This document shows, in pieces, positions 50,323 to 63,999 of a DNA stretch of 64,000 bases. This DNA comes from Phoronis australis (taxonomy: Eukaryota > Animalia > Phoronida), in NCBI GenBank assembly GCA_002633005.1, contig NMRA01000090.1:298752-362751 (forward strand), written 5' to 3'. Each line of letters opens with the position of its first letter. Position 1 is the stretch's first letter. A model generated the notes under the pieces. The model searched no databases. It was not told where the DNA came from and saw nothing but the letters and a program-made list of their open reading frames with translations. The translations under genes were made by a program, and so were the position numbers.

Positions 50323-53267
50323 CAGTGTTCTCCACAACTGAAAATCCAAACTCGACGCTCGGACAAAATGGGACACAATATGGCGGACAGTTGAAATTTC
50401 GTTTTAACCCAAATTAAAGATTTTTTTACTGCACCTTTACCGGGCAGTCCTTGCTTGCATTCATTGAAAAAAATGAGACAAGTATCTTTAAAAACAATTT
50501 ATTTACATCTCACTTTATTTACAATGTCTACAAAAATCACTTTACAAATCAATATTTACAACGTAATACGCCTATTTCTTAGTGAGTTCCATTTTTCTAC
50601 GGCAGCATCGAAGTTGAAGGCTCCTGCATCCTTCCCGTGCAAAGACACAGTTACTAAGCTACGCAGAACCTTGTTACTCAAGCGATTGCGGGCACAGATT
50701 TTAATTCTTCTCAAGCAACTAAAGCCTCTTTCACAATCTGTAAAAGAAAATAAAAGATTCTTTTCTATCAAATTACCAAATGCAAAAGAAGTTGTAATTT
50801 CTGTGATGATAATTACTAATACACTTTCAGATCAAAGGATACTTCAATTTTGTATTTACCTGCTGTAGATGATGGAATGATTCTTCCAATCTTCGATATT
50901 TTGCTGAGATTGGGCATGACGTGCTGTAGTTGGGAAATTTTTTTCAATGACTCTGACAGTGGAATATCTCCCCATTTGATGATCAGGCCTTTCAGAGTTT
51001 GGTATTCCTGTTGTGCATCATCTTTGTTCACTATTGTCTCAAAGTGATCTGTGAGCTCCTATAAATTAAATTAAATACGGGATAAATTACAATCAAAGAA
51101 AAAATAAGTTTGTTTTTGGATTTCTCCCAAGTACAAATGGTAAATCTGTAATTACGTTTCAAAAATGAACCAAGTCAACAGTGAACTGCTTGATTTTTTG
51201 TGTTGTATTACAATAAAAACAGTTTATAGTGTTAGAACTAATAAGTGTTTGCACTGAAAATATAAAACTCAGCTTTACCTCTAATTCTTCAAGACCATGG
51301 TCAGCTAGGAAGTTGATGTTGCAGGTAGGTAAATCTCTGTAGCCGAAAATCAAATACTTTTGAAGAAGTCCAACCTGTGGAAAACGTTTCCGAATTTGTG
51401 CCGAAACTGCACATATGAATTTGTGGTATACCTGTAAAATAAAAATTGTTGAAATTACGGTATGTTCAAAGTACGTTTGTCGTGTGGAGATTGAATTGAC
51501 CATTGAAAATTGATTTGACACTCACATTCTTCTTGTGATCTTCTAGGTCGCTCTCCTTGTAGCTCACATTGAACCCATCGGCTATCATTTCATCAAGCGT
51601 TAATTTCACTTGTGCATAGGGTTCACCTGGCACAGTCATTCTAGCATCTAAGATGTCCAGGCAATTTTTTACAAGTAATCCCACATCACTGTATTGAAGG
51701 GCGCTGGCCTGTAAACAATAATCAGTCGTCTTTAATGTTATCTTTCATCTCGGAATAAAGAACAGGGAAAACAATGTTTTTGTACAATTTGTTCACTCGT
51801 ATAAAGCATTACTGTTCATTTTTAGCTACATTTCGCAGTATTTTTGTAGACTTAGTCTGTAAGGCATACCTGGAAACATTTAGACAACATTGCTAAGTTC
51901 GGCAGAAGGTCACACATGGCGTGTAATGTCGCAACAAATTTCCACGATTCTACGAATACATTCAAGCCAGCAGCTTGAGGCTCATGACGTTCTTCAGCTT
52001 CCCGTTGAAGGCTCACTATTACAGATGGCAGGATTTCTTTTAGAGTCGCACAAGCCGCATCATGACTAAGCCATCGTACGTGCTTGGCTTGCTTGGGCTT
52101 CAGCTTCTTCACGTTGAGAGCATCCTGAAATAGTTAAAAGTCGGGATAAACAGTTGAAAGCAAATTTCTAGTAGATAAAACAATGGGAAAATAATAAGGT
52201 AAAGAAGTAAAACCTGGATAATGTGGCTGTAGTTGGACTCAGCTTATTCATAAGATGAGCAATGAAGCTCGCCTTTTAGTTTATTTTATTTTATCTTCAC
52301 TGAATACAAGACGATTGGTTCAACAACTTGGAAGTACAGTGACTATTAAAACATTTTCACAGCCGCACTTGCCTCATGGTGATGTTTAAAGTATTTTCCA
52401 TGAAGATGAACAAACCTGAATTTGTTTTAGAGCTGCCAGTCGCACCGGGCTATACTCGTAAAATCTGAATAAGTGGTCAACAGTGGCATTGAATCGTTTG
52501 AGATACGGAATGTCATTTGCTGCCTGTCCACTTGCAAGAGCCAATCTGTGTGCCACACAGTTGTTGGCGATAAGAATTGGTGATACCTGAAGACACAAAA
52601 ATTATGAATAACAGTCATTGAGGTTTATACATAGATGACATAATATTTTTTATTTATATATTCACTGTAACTAAGAATGTCTACATTTGAATTTATCATG
52701 TTACATGTTTGTTGCTCCGGAATAGATAATTCCCACATAATTATTTTAGATATGAGTAACAATACTCAAAATAAATTGCAAGTTTTTGTCACTCCAGTAA
52801 AGGCTCTGTTAACATCTGTACATCACCTCTTTCAGCTTGGTGGCAACACCATTCCTGCATCCTACCATGACGCTCGCACCGTTACTTCCGAAGCCAACCA
52901 GTTTTCCTGCCAACTCGACATCAATTTCTTCAAAAAGCTTAATTATAGCAGTTGTAATAGTATTGGCAGTTCCATCAGCAACCTGAAATTATAAGAAACT
53001 GTTGCAAGTACATGAGCATTTACTGGGAAACAAGTCGATTTTGACAAGTCAATTATTTCATATGTAGTTGAGCTGAACTGTTCTTAAAGGTGGTGCAACT
53101 CACTTCCACAATATCCAGGAACATCACCACCGGCTCATTTTCCTTTAGATATTTAACGTAAATTATCAGCTGTTTGGTGACGGAGACATCAGTGGTTTCA
53201 TCAACTAGTATACTTAAAAAGTCACTGGTATGCAGGTCGCTGATTATTTCATCTCTCACCACAGAAC
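50323..53267 (-). mobile_element. hAT transposon, 3' part
   Basis: Terminus CAGTGTTCTCCAC at 50323 abuts the LINE APE region; spliced transposase upstream; other end not found. Confidence 0.7.
50556..53267 (-). CDS. Intron-rich hAT transposase (ZNF862-like), 8 exons: 53104-53267, 52827-52982, 52416-52586, 51870-52124, 51526-51708, 51279-51431, 50860-51058, 50556-50737; 5' exons not found
   Basis: All GT-AG and phase-consistent, ~487 codons with no internal stop; motifs DETTD, GSNGASVM, CVAHRL, VRWLS, CERGFS. Confidence 0.88.
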
Positions 53268-56200
53268 CTGTAATAGAAGAATGAAGTAACCAATCAAAAA
53301 CCTGGACTCAAATGAGTAAAAGTTACGAATGCAACATGTTCTCTTTATTTAGTAATACTTTAGTCACCTTTGATATTGTTACCACAACAAGGTTTAGGTA
53401 TACTACATGCCGGATAAAAACACAAGCCGGATGGTTAAAAGGGTAATTCTAAGTATCTCCCAACTAAACAAAGTACTTAGACGTGTAGGGTATGTAATTG
53501 AAGGTCCTAAATTGTGGTTTGTCGTAAAATCCAGGACTTGTGTCTTTAGGAGGAAATCTGTTGGAATTTGGAATCATGTTGGGTCACGGTGTCAAAAAAC
53601 AAGTTTCGCTTTATAGCATATATAAAAAATTCTTGGACTCGAATTGCTCTTTCAAAAGTTTGTGATTTCTGGCCGCTTGGAAAGAGCTGACAGCTGATAA
53701 TTTCATGAGATGACATGAAATTTTATGAGCAGTTTGGTCTGATGAAATGATGAGTTTGGTCTACCCATGCCCTGCGATCACTTCTAAACTGAGTTAGGTT
53801 CCAGAGATGACAAATTTTATAACAATGAGTGGCCTATTTCAAAACTTGGTTCTTGACAGAAAGCATGTCTGTTTTAACTTTTACACCAGCAGGTATACTC
53901 TACATTAGTGAAAGAGAAACTGAGTTGTTTGGTCGAAGTCTGTTAGACGACTCATATCTTCCCAGTCAGTGATACATTCGTGACTTGTGTTTTAGATTTA
54001 ATATCAAAATTACAGTGTTGTTACAGGACAAAAGGTGGCGTCCACATTCATGCAGATAACCAGACCGTGACTGCACCTACATTGATGTGGGTAAAGGTAA
54101 CTATCTTACCAGTTCTATTCACTTCTGTTCTGAAAACTAAAAGAAATTTGGAGTTTAGCTGTCTCTAAAGCAACTTTGTTCTGGACAATCTTCATTAAAT
54201 TGTTTCAGCCTTGCAATGAAGTTTTATATGTAACGAAGACTGACTTAATTAGGGAGATTTCATCTATGATGCTGCATGCTGTTGTTTTTTAAGTGCAATA
54301 TGGGATGAGTCTTTTCTCATAAACGTATTGTGACATCTCAGCTACAGTTGCACTTGAGGTTGCCATAATAAAAGGATGAGTCTATTGGAACATGCATTTT
54401 GGTGTGAGTGTGACTAAAGAACAATCATATGAGAACAAAAAACTGAACTGAGGAATAACATGAATACAAAGGTTTTAGCAAATCTGTTCATGCAGTGAAC
54501 ATCCCCTTTAAATGAGATAAGGATCGATTTGGAGAAATCTTTTGAATTTCTTCAATGTCACATGGTCAGCCCGATGGTACTATCCACATTGCAGTCTCTC
54601 TAGGGGATACCGTGAATACGGTAAATTCGCTTACAAGGAAAACACGCTTTTCTATATGCGGGAGTTTTCACCACTTGTTCGTCATCCATGTTCTGAGCTG
54701 CTTTCACCAGGGTCAAAGAGAGCGCGGCACCAGCGTTGGACACAGTTGTGATGACCGCTTTGTTCAGTGCTAGCAAGTCCCAATTAGGACTAAATAACAG
54801 TGTTGTAAACTAAATTTTTAGTAAACATCTCTGCCAGTACATACTGGTTCATTTTCAAAATGAATAAACCACTAATTTCCGCTAAAAATAAACATTGCAA
54901 TGCTATTCAGGTGGAAAATAACAACAATGTGATTTTGATTTTTAAATATCGATGAACAAATAAGCTAAAAACTGCAAACATTAGTTATGGATTGAACATA
55001 AACAACCATAGTGCATATTAATATACTTGAAGGATTTACAAAGTAATGCTGATCATAATTAACACCATCACATGGTTTATTCTTATAGGATACAACGAAA
55101 CTAAATTACAACAACATTACCTAGCATTCTCCTGAAGTGTAAAAATCAAGAAATTTCCATTATCACGATCTAATCTAGAATCACGTTCCATTAAACTTGT
55201 CATGCACGCCTTTTGTGTTGGTACACAAAACTGTGGTTTTATTGTGATATTTGAAATGAGGGTGACCTCTTCAGTAATAGCACTGCTTTCCAAGAGAGCC
55301 CTCAACAACAAAAACAGTAATATAATACAATGAAATAAAACAACAATTAAATATACGTGAAAAAGATACAAATAATAAAACAGGTTGAGAATTAAGACAA
55401 TAAATAAATGACAAACAATGGTGAAAATTTAACTAAGAGAGATGAAATGACTCTAAACGGCAGTGAGAGTATTTATGACAAGGAGAAAAAAATGACACGA
55501 TTAAGACAGGTAGCGTATAAAATGGTTAGGTAAATTACAGCCACTTTTTAATATTAAGTTTAAAAGTATTTATCGAATTGGACCGTTTAATTTCTGGGCT
55601 AATACGATTCCTTGTTGTTGCAGCAGCATAGATAAAAGATTTCTTGCCAGTCTCGGTTTTAATTTTTTTAGGAGAAACATTTCAAGCGACAGAAGAATGA
55701 TGTGTAGAATATACAGCTTGACTGCTATTGAATTTTCGGCTGAGATATGCTGGAGCCAAGCCATTGATCAGGCAGAGAAATATTTATTTCTTTGTTTTAC
55801 TTTCATAAATCCCAGCTTGGAATACAAGTCATCGACCCTGGTGTCCCTAATTCTAGTACCCAGGAGCCCTGGCGGCTCTATTTCGGATTACTTGTACTTT
55901 CACAAAGGAATCAACAGGTGAAAGTTAAGTCTAATTTCTCTGAAAGTCAACCATTTTTCTTCATTCAAGTTTTGTTGTTGAAAGTATTTCATACAAAACA
56001 CATCAGTTTTGCTTCATGACATTTGTTGAAAGTCTGTTTGCAAATAGTACTTTTAAATATCGGTTAGCGTCAGGCGCGTTGTTTGCAACATAATTGCTGG
56101 ATTACGTGAGCTTATCAGATGAAAGCAGACAATGTGATGGATTTGATGTCGTATTCTGCACTACCTCTGACCATGTCAGTTATTTTTTAGTCTTCTTTTT

Positions 56201-56954
56201 TGCCGCCTGCTTTCTGTATCTGCTAAACTAGGATTGTTTTGTGAAACTTGGCAGATGTGCACAGTGAGCATGACTGGCATGGATGTTTAGGTTGGTCTTA
56301 CTTCTGTGGTGCTCCTTAATGACTTTAATTTTGCATCTGCGACTGTATAACTACAAAACTTGCAAGATCACAATCTGCCAATTCTATTCTTACTCCTATA
56401 AACTTGACATCAGATGGATGGATTCGGCTTCTGCTGTGCCTACTAATGGCATTTTTTTGAGTTCCTTGGTGGATTTCCATTAAGTTGACAAAGTTTTGAA
56501 ATAGAGAGACAGCGATGCTTTTCTAATTTCAGACGGGTTTGACGTATTCTGTGCCATGTGATGGCCCTTTTTATAGTGAAAACACCTTTAGAAGCACAAG
56601 CGTTAGCGTTGCAGCCTAATGGGCAGATTTCAACATTCTGCGTTGCTCTTGTTAGTTACTTTGTAATATTTAAAGTGTACCAAATCAAAACTGTACTTTT
56701 GACGTTTCTGGCCGTACCTATGCAAATTCCAGAGAAAATTAATTAAGGTGTAATAACAACCATCACTGATGAAAAAGTAGTGCTGGCCATTATCTTTCCG
56801 ATTTGTTAGCTTAGATTAACTTGATGACAAAGAATAATTATAGGCATTATAAAAGTTTTGTGAAGGCAAATGGAATCCCAGTGATGACCAGTGTAAACCA
56901 GAAATTCTCCACATGAGGCTAGTCATCAATAGAGTGACTCACTTTTGTCTCATG

Positions 56955-57642
56955 ATGAGGGTAACTACTGTTTCTTATCAGGTCATATCTAATTAGAAGG
57001 CTTAAAAGCACCCAGGCTCTAGTTTCCATTTTCTTTTTTCACACTAAAATTTGATGGAAACCATTAAACTTGAATAGAGGAGTAAAACTTTGACTTAATG
57101 GGGCTACTTGAATTTTCAAAATTGGTCAATACATGCAAAAGTAATTTGTCAACAAAAACCCAAGCTTTAATCTGTTCGTTGGAAAGTAGTTTCCAATACC
57201 ACTTACCATTTAATTAATATACATATCAGGAACTCACAACATGCTGCAAACATTCCTTTAAACAAAATAAGGATCTATTTGGAAAAATCATAGGAATTTC
57301 TCCAGTGTCACATGTCAGGGGGGGGGGCATCGAGTTTGCTCCACATTCCATTCTTACTGGGGGGCAACATGTAGTTCTCAATAAAAATACTCTGTTTACA
57401 AGGTCATTTAGTGAGGGTAACTTCTGTTTCTTTTCAGACCATACCTAAGTAGAAGGCTTGAAAGCATCCATGCTGTGTTTTTCCATGTTCTTTTTTGGAC
57501 ATGAAAATCAATAGAAACCATAAAATCTTAATGGAGGAGTAAAAATTAGAATATCTTGGTTATTGAATTTTTAAAATTGGTGATAAAATATTGATTTGAT
57601 CAACAAAAGCCCAGGCTTTGAAATATTCATTGCGAAGTAGTT
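56955..57642. repeat. Old diverged direct duplication (~235 bp; 56955-57190 and 57410-57642)
   Basis: tgagggtaact.ctgtttctt.tcag...agaaggctt.aaagca and later blocks shared. Confidence 0.7.
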
Positions 57643-58617
57643 AAGCCCCTTTGCTTATCAGCTAATGATATGCATCACTAACTCGCGATATAAGCTGTGT
57701 CTGAAAGAATGTGGATAAAATTAGTTGTATCGAAGGCCAAGTTCACCATGAACTGTGCCCAAAAGAATTTGAATAAAACCAGTTGTGATAAGGAATCTTG
57801 TTTAATTAAAGAGCAGTTCAGGATATTATGTGTGGAAGACTTTAGGCTTGTGCCATACAACCACACTAAAAAGCCAAGCCTACGTTCTGTAGACCCCAGA
57901 AACTTACGAAAATGCAAAAGTAATGCATGACTTCACGAGATATTGCCATGCATTGCAAGTAAAGCACATGACACTGACCAGGTTTATACGTGTCTCCAAG
58001 GTTTCAGTGATGCCAGCTTATAGGCATGCATTTAAAAAATGGCCATCAGCACCGTTAGCGAGTATGTTTTGGTGTAAATGAAGTGTTTCCAGGTGGTGGG
58101 CATACTGTTACTTTGGCTTGTACTACGCTGATTGTTTACAGGCGATGGACATGCTGTTAGATAAGATGAAAGATGACAAGTTCGATTTCTCCAGAGTCAT
58201 TGCTCTCTCGGGGACAGCTCAGGTATTTAGTTCAAATTAAAATCTATGACTGTTTGTTGATTTTAGTGATTATTTGATCTTCCATCAAGTGTAATGGGAA
58301 GGGTGTCAGATTTCTGAAATTTTAATTCTGGACTGAATGTTAGATGATAGTCGTTTGGGCACAATTTCTCACTTTATACAAAAAGTTATCACATTGTAGA
58401 TTTATTTTATGTTTGGTGAGCATTTAGACTGCCTGCTGTTGCGTTGTTAGAGTGCTAAGTAAAGCCAGGAGTCATGTCTGTTGTACTGAGACATGGTTTA
58501 TGAACATATCTTTTTCAGTCTGGCGCCTCACTGAAAAACATATATTTATACACATTATGGAGATCATGGGTAAGATGCCCATTACTAAGTCTGATTGGAT
58601 CTCTGTGTTTGACCAGT

Positions 58618-58692
58618 GGTCCCAGTGGCTCAGTGCTTAGGGCGTCTGCACGGTTAGCAGAAGGTCCTGGGTTCGAGTCCCGATCAGGAGCA
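58618..58692 (+). repeat. tRNA-derived SINE head or tRNA pseudogene
   Basis: TGGCTCAGTGCTTAG A box, GGTTCGAGTCC B box, TCTGC/GCAGA anticodon stem; lacks U33 and a proper acceptor stem. Confidence 0.65.
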
Positions 58693-60937
58693 GAAATCGT
58701 TTTGGACTTATGTTCATTAGGTCACGTCATGTGACCAAAACGATGGCGGGTAGAACAGGATAACCTATTTCCAACAAGAACAGTTTAGTTTCTCTGTCTC
58801 AACATTATGTTGTTTTTCAACTTGTTGTCTTGTCATTCCCTTGTTGACTACATATTAACAAATTCTTTAAAAACAGTTTCCGATGCAAGACAAGAATAAT
58901 GTCACTGAGAGTGACTGAGATGCAAGCTTTTAGCCCATGTTTTTGAATATTAGTAACTGATAGAAAGTTCAAATCGTTTAAGTACTCAGTCAAACGTTTG
59001 ATGTCATCACTTCAAAGCAACTTACATGCTATATAGTTTAATGTGCTTGATGTCATTCCACAAGAGCACCAAAAGGTAGACTCAAGGGTCACCGCCTCAC
59101 ATTGTGTTCATACATCCTGGTGAGATATGTTCAAAATAATAATAATTGAAATTTTGTGGGCCATTATTTTTTAAGTTTGAGTATCATGGTATTTGGACCC
59201 AAAATAACCCTTTTTTCGTTCAAAAAGGTTCAGTTTGTGAAGTTATTTAAAAACGGTGTTCCTGCATTCTTAGAAGAACAAGCACTGATATGTGGTACAC
59301 TCACCAGTGTTTATAAGGAATTCTCTAATATTATTTGGTATCAGGTTGTCTGAAAATATTTTGCTGTATCAACAACAATTAACATGTGTGTATTGTTTTG
59401 TTTCAGCAACATGGCAGTGTATTTTGGAAGAGTGGAGCTGGGAAGAAGCTTTCATGTTTAAACCCCACCTATTCCCTATTTCATCAGCTAAAGGTATTCC
59501 TAACCTGTTTGACATCATACACAAATTAACCAATGACAATAACAAGACTTAATTAAGGTGGAATCTTGTTGCTGGCAAAAGCACATATTACAAAATTGTG
59601 GAAGCCATTCATTTCACACTTTTGCTGGATGTTGCAATCATTCAGCTTGGGACATTGGAAGGAACATGCTGGACCTACACTGCACTGTTTTCATGAACTA
59701 GAGTAGGTATTCCATACTTGACTGGTTGAGTACTAATTGCCACAAAATATTGTTTAATAAGGACATAATGACAAACCTCTCTACAGTATGCAAAAATGTA
59801 TCCGTACGGCTTGTACGTTGCTAGTACTTCAGACACATTTGACTACTACTGTGCCCCATGGTGGTAGTTTTAGTTGCTTACATTTTAACTTTGTCTCTGT
59901 ATTTTCGGAGCTCATCAAAGGATTTTTGTGAAATTTCTTTGGCAGATAGCATTCTATTAAGGAGATGACGATAGTCTTCCATTCTGTATGAATTTGAGGT
60001 ATTTTTGTATCACTTAGTGGCTGTTTTTATTTTTTCTGTGCCTTTTTTGTTCCTGACAAGAAGACATTGATTTGTGGACAGATTTGCCAACTATGATGCT
60101 TCCTGGTAGCTATGTTTGTTTTTATTTTGCTTCCTCGGCTGTATCTCCTTACTTCTTTGAAGGATCTTTTTTGCAAGATTTAGTCGTATTTTAATGATAG
60201 ACATGACTACTGGTACATAACACTTTTGGATGGATTTGACTAACGCTCTACCCTCTGAGTGGCAATCTTAGTTTTTATGTTTTTATCTATATTTTAGCAC
60301 AGCGTCCTTTGACAGTTTTTATTGAAATGTGGTAAACAAGTTTCTGTTATGGTGGTGATAGCATCTATCTATTTTGAGATTGATTTGATGTATTCCTTCG
60401 CCACCTATTGTCCATTTTTTGACACTTATAAACACGCCTAAAGGCACATTGTTTGCGTTGCTGTTGTGGGCACATTTCAATGCTCTGCGTTTCTCTTGGT
60501 TTATGCTTTTAGAATATTCACCAGTATGTACAGGCAGATATGTTTACTATAGTTTATGGCTGGGTAATTACACTTAATTGGGTGTTGCGGGCACTTTACA
60601 ATGAGATCATCACAATCGTGTCCTTTAGCACTGCCCTCTCTTTGATCCTGGTGAAAGCTGCTCAGAACAAGGCTGAAGGAGCAGCGATGAAAATTATTCA
60701 CAGCATGTGTCTGTCTCTGACATTTACCTCCCTATCCACAAACAGATGTCAGTTTTCCTTGTGAGCAATTCATGTCTGTCCTTTATATTCAGGCTGTTCT
60801 ATTATAACGCCCCCTAGTGGCAATTATAATGTTTTGCATCTGCCTCAATGTCCAGCACTACAATGTTTGGCACTACACACGCTTCTTATCAAGTAGGGAA
60901 GCATTAAAGTAAGTCACACTTTGTGTGAAAGATAAGT

Positions 60938-61480
60938 AGGAGCATGCCACCCAAAAAACAACCTAATTTGTATCAATTTAGATCGAGTGGTGCTACTCCA
61001 TAACGACACGTACGGTTGCGTTACCTGACACCTGACAGCAGACGGAGGTGTTGAAATTATCCAATGACGTCATCGGTTTCACACGCAGTTTGTTCAGCGG
61101 TTCACAACACGGGTTACTGGTGTCAGCTTATCGCTTGAAGTCATCGTTTAACACCAATGAATCATTAAACTTCGATGCAAAACCCTTAAAAATACATCGA
61201 GTTCTTATAAAAACGTGTTGTTTTATTTCGCTCTTACGTATTGATTGGTATTTGGACACATCGTAGCCTACAAAGTTCGGCAGGCCAATAAGGTCCGTAG
61301 CAGGAGTTTGGGGTCTCAGTGTTCAGAGATAATTTCGAAGTATTTTCCGTGATATACAGACATGAGAACCTAGATCTGTGTTGTTTAGACTTGTGATTTT
61401 TTATTTCTAAACACGAAACGCTTGTTATCCTGGCCAGTGGCTCGGAGCCCGATCAGGCCCGTCGCGGCCGGCCGGATTGT
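60938..61480. mobile_element. Truncated second copy of the left ~540 bp of the Kolobok element at 4733
   Basis: Starts AGGAGCATGCCACCCAAAAAACAACC and is colinear with 4733-5270; no TTAA and no right end. Confidence 0.85.
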
Positions 61481-61781
61481 TATCCCGACCAGTGGCTCGG
61501 AAACTGATAAGACATCACGAACATAAACCAGCCAAAGTTCAGTGGAAACTAAACTTCCAGTCAAGAAAATACTATACTAGTGAGCCAAAGTAATGTGCAC
61601 CTGATTATGTTGGTGAATTAGCCACGAAACTGTAAATCTACTTACTCGTCGGGGGCTGCGAATTCAGGTTCCGCTTTGGCCACAGCACCGTCAGGGCAGA
61701 AGTTGTACGCTGACAATCATTATTTGAGTAATGTAAAAGGAAATAAAGATTCCCCTAACACCTGGCCGTGGGATGGAAATN

Positions 61782-63250
61782 ATATGACAGATACTGGTGT
61801 TTGTCAGTTTCTTTACAGAATAAGTCAGTTTCTAGTTTATCATTATTAAGAGTGACAGTTACATCTAAAAATGAGACTTTATTTTGAGAAATGTCATGAG
61901 TGAACTTTATAGTAGGGTGAAATTTGTTAATATTTTCTAAAAATACATCTAATTTTTGTGGACCATGGGTCCATATCATAAAAATGTCATCAATGTATCT
62001 TAGCCAGAGAAGGGGTTTTTCAGAGCAGGATTTGATGAAGCTGTTTTCAAGATTTCCCATAAAGAGGTTAGCAAAGGTAGGAGCAACCCTAGTTCCCATG
62101 GCTGTGCCTAATATTTGGAGATAGTGATTATTATTAAAGGTAAAATGATTCATGGTAAGTACATGTTCAAGAAGAGAGCGAATAAAAGATGTAGGTACAT
62201 TAGGATTATTACGTTGACTAAGAAACTTGGTACAGGCTTCTATGCCTTCATGTTGAGGAATATTAGTGTATAAGCTTTTAACATCAAGAGTTACGAGAAG
62301 GGCATTTTTAGGTAAATCACTGATGTTTTTAATTATATTAAGAAAATGATTCGTATCTTTAACATATGAAGGAAGGGTGGGGACAAATTGCTGAAGATAG
62401 TCGTCGGCAAACTGAGAAATTTTTTCTGTAGGGCAGTTGTTGCTGGCTATAATTGGGCGCCCAGGATTACCTTCTTTGTGGATTTTTGGAAGGAGATAAA
62501 AGCGACTAGGTTGAGCATCATTAGGAATGAGGTAGTTTTTGGTGTCTTTGTCAATGTGACCTAAATGGAAAGCATTAGTTATAAGGCTGATATGTTTTGT
62601 GTTGGGGTTATTATCTAAAAGTTTGTAGTATGCTGTGTCATTAAGTTGTCGGAGGGCCTCGTCAATATATTTCTGCTTGTCCATTATAACAACTGCTGAT
62701 CCTTTATCAGCTGGTTTAATTATGATTTCTTTGTTTTTAGCGAGATTTGTAAGGGCATCTTTTTCGGACTTAGTAATTATATTAGTAGTTTTGCCTTTTG
62801 TAATTCATAACGTCATTAGTAATCGCTTCAATGTAACTTTCGAGGGCATGGTTTTGACTTTTAGGTGGATTCCAATTGCTTTTTTTCTTGAAAGGATTAA
62901 TTTCTAAAGGGGGGATTCTGGTTTTCATCTTTGGAAGAATTGGCAAAATATGCTGCCAATCTAAGACGTCTAGCGAAAGTGTAAATATCAATTAGTAATT
63001 CATCTTTGTCAATATTGGTTTTGGTAGGACAGAAGTTTAGTCCTTCAGAAAGTAGGCTAACCTCACTATCAGTTAAGTTATGGCTAGATAAATTAACTGC
63101 GTTTTTTGTTTCGCAGGTTATAGTTTTCCTAATGATTTGTCTACGGAACCTTCTGTTACGTTTGACTTTTTTATGGTGTCGTTGGTATTGTCTGCAGGAC
63201 CGTAGATGACGGTGGTAGGCATAGGTCGAGACGAAGTCGTTGTAGATGTC
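61782..63250 (-). mobile_element. Penelope-like retroelement RT, frameshifted in its N-terminal part, cut by the N at 61781
   Basis: VNLSSHNLT..LLSEGLNFCPT; KPADKGSAVV; RFYLLPKIHK..GRPII; LDVKSLYTNIP; GTAMG; RYIDD; FLDV. Confidence 0.9.
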
Positions 63251-63999
63251 TTAGAGTATTTGTTCTTTCCTTTGTTCTTGTGGCGCCATACTTTTTTCAA
63301 ATTAGTGTGGCCGTTCTTGGGTGCGTTGAATTGTGCAATGTTGGGATTCCTGTAGAGGCTCAGTCTGTTGGTTGTAAAGATTACTTCATCTGATGTAAAT
63401 GACGTATATTTTGTTGTAGATTTGTTTTTGCCGTTTGATTTCAAAGTTACTTTAATCCAGTTGTCTTTTTTTAGGTCAAATTTATCTTGAACACCTGCTG
63501 AGATAGGTTTTTCTTTTGGAGGAGTTGTTGAGCACCTATCTTCTATTGTTTGAATGAGATAGTTATCTGGAGTGTGTTTGCTGTCCAACAGGTTGAAATG
63601 GTTGTTGCGGTGTAGAAGTAATATTGGTTTGCTGTTGATATTCTCTGAGGTGTATTTAATCCAACGTATGTTGTTTCCAATAGTGGTGTTGACGTAGATG
63701 TCTTTATGAAAAAGAGTACAAGTTGCGAATATTTCGGCTTGAGTGGCCCACGATTTTATGTTGCCGTTTGTTTTTGCCATGTTTTGTAGATGTTCCTGAT
63801 GGTCTTCATCCATTAGAATACTGTATTTTGCTAAGTTTGTTTTCAAGTGGTTTACTATTTCTGATCTGATGTGAGCATGATGAATGTCAGTGCCATAGAG
63901 GGCTAAACTTATACAACGGAAAAAGCAGTTACCATCAGAAGTAATAATTGTTGTTACGTAGTGAGATCCATTGATTACAGTAGTATATCTTACATGTGA
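63118..63999 (-). CDS. OTU-family cysteine protease ORF directly upstream of the Penelope RT, open to the window edge
   Basis: SDGNCFFRCISLALYG..H..IR; W.TQAEIFA..L...IYV; ILL..NNHFN (Cys 63925-63927, His 63598-63600). Confidence 0.85.
   Translation of the reverse strand, partial: SHVRYTTVINGSHYVTTIITSDGNCFFRCISLALYGTDIHHAHIRSEIVNHLKTNLAKYSILMDEDHQEHLQNMAKTNGNIKSWATQAEIFATCTLFHKDIYVNTTIGNNIRWIKYTSENINSKPILLLHRNNHFNLLDSKHTPDNYLIQTIEDRCSTTPPKEKPISAGVQDKFDLKKDNWIKVTLKSNGKNKSTTKYTSFTSDEVIFTTNRLSLYRNPNIAQFNAPKNGHTNLKKVWRHKNKGKNKYSKTSTTTSSRPMPTTVIYGPADNTNDTIKKSNVTEGSVDKSLGKL

Noticed and set aside
58618-58692. Functional tRNA-Thr(GGT)
   Set aside because: Acceptor stem mismatched and no U33; better explained as a SINE head or pseudogene
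60938-61480. Solo long terminal direct repeat of a KolobokP element
   Set aside because: No closing TIR or TTAA; looks like a simple truncation
61598-61640. Active hammerhead (CTGATTA...CGAAACTGTA)
   Set aside because: G8 is replaced without compensation and stem I does not pair; probably a dead pLTR remnant, separated from the RT by an N join
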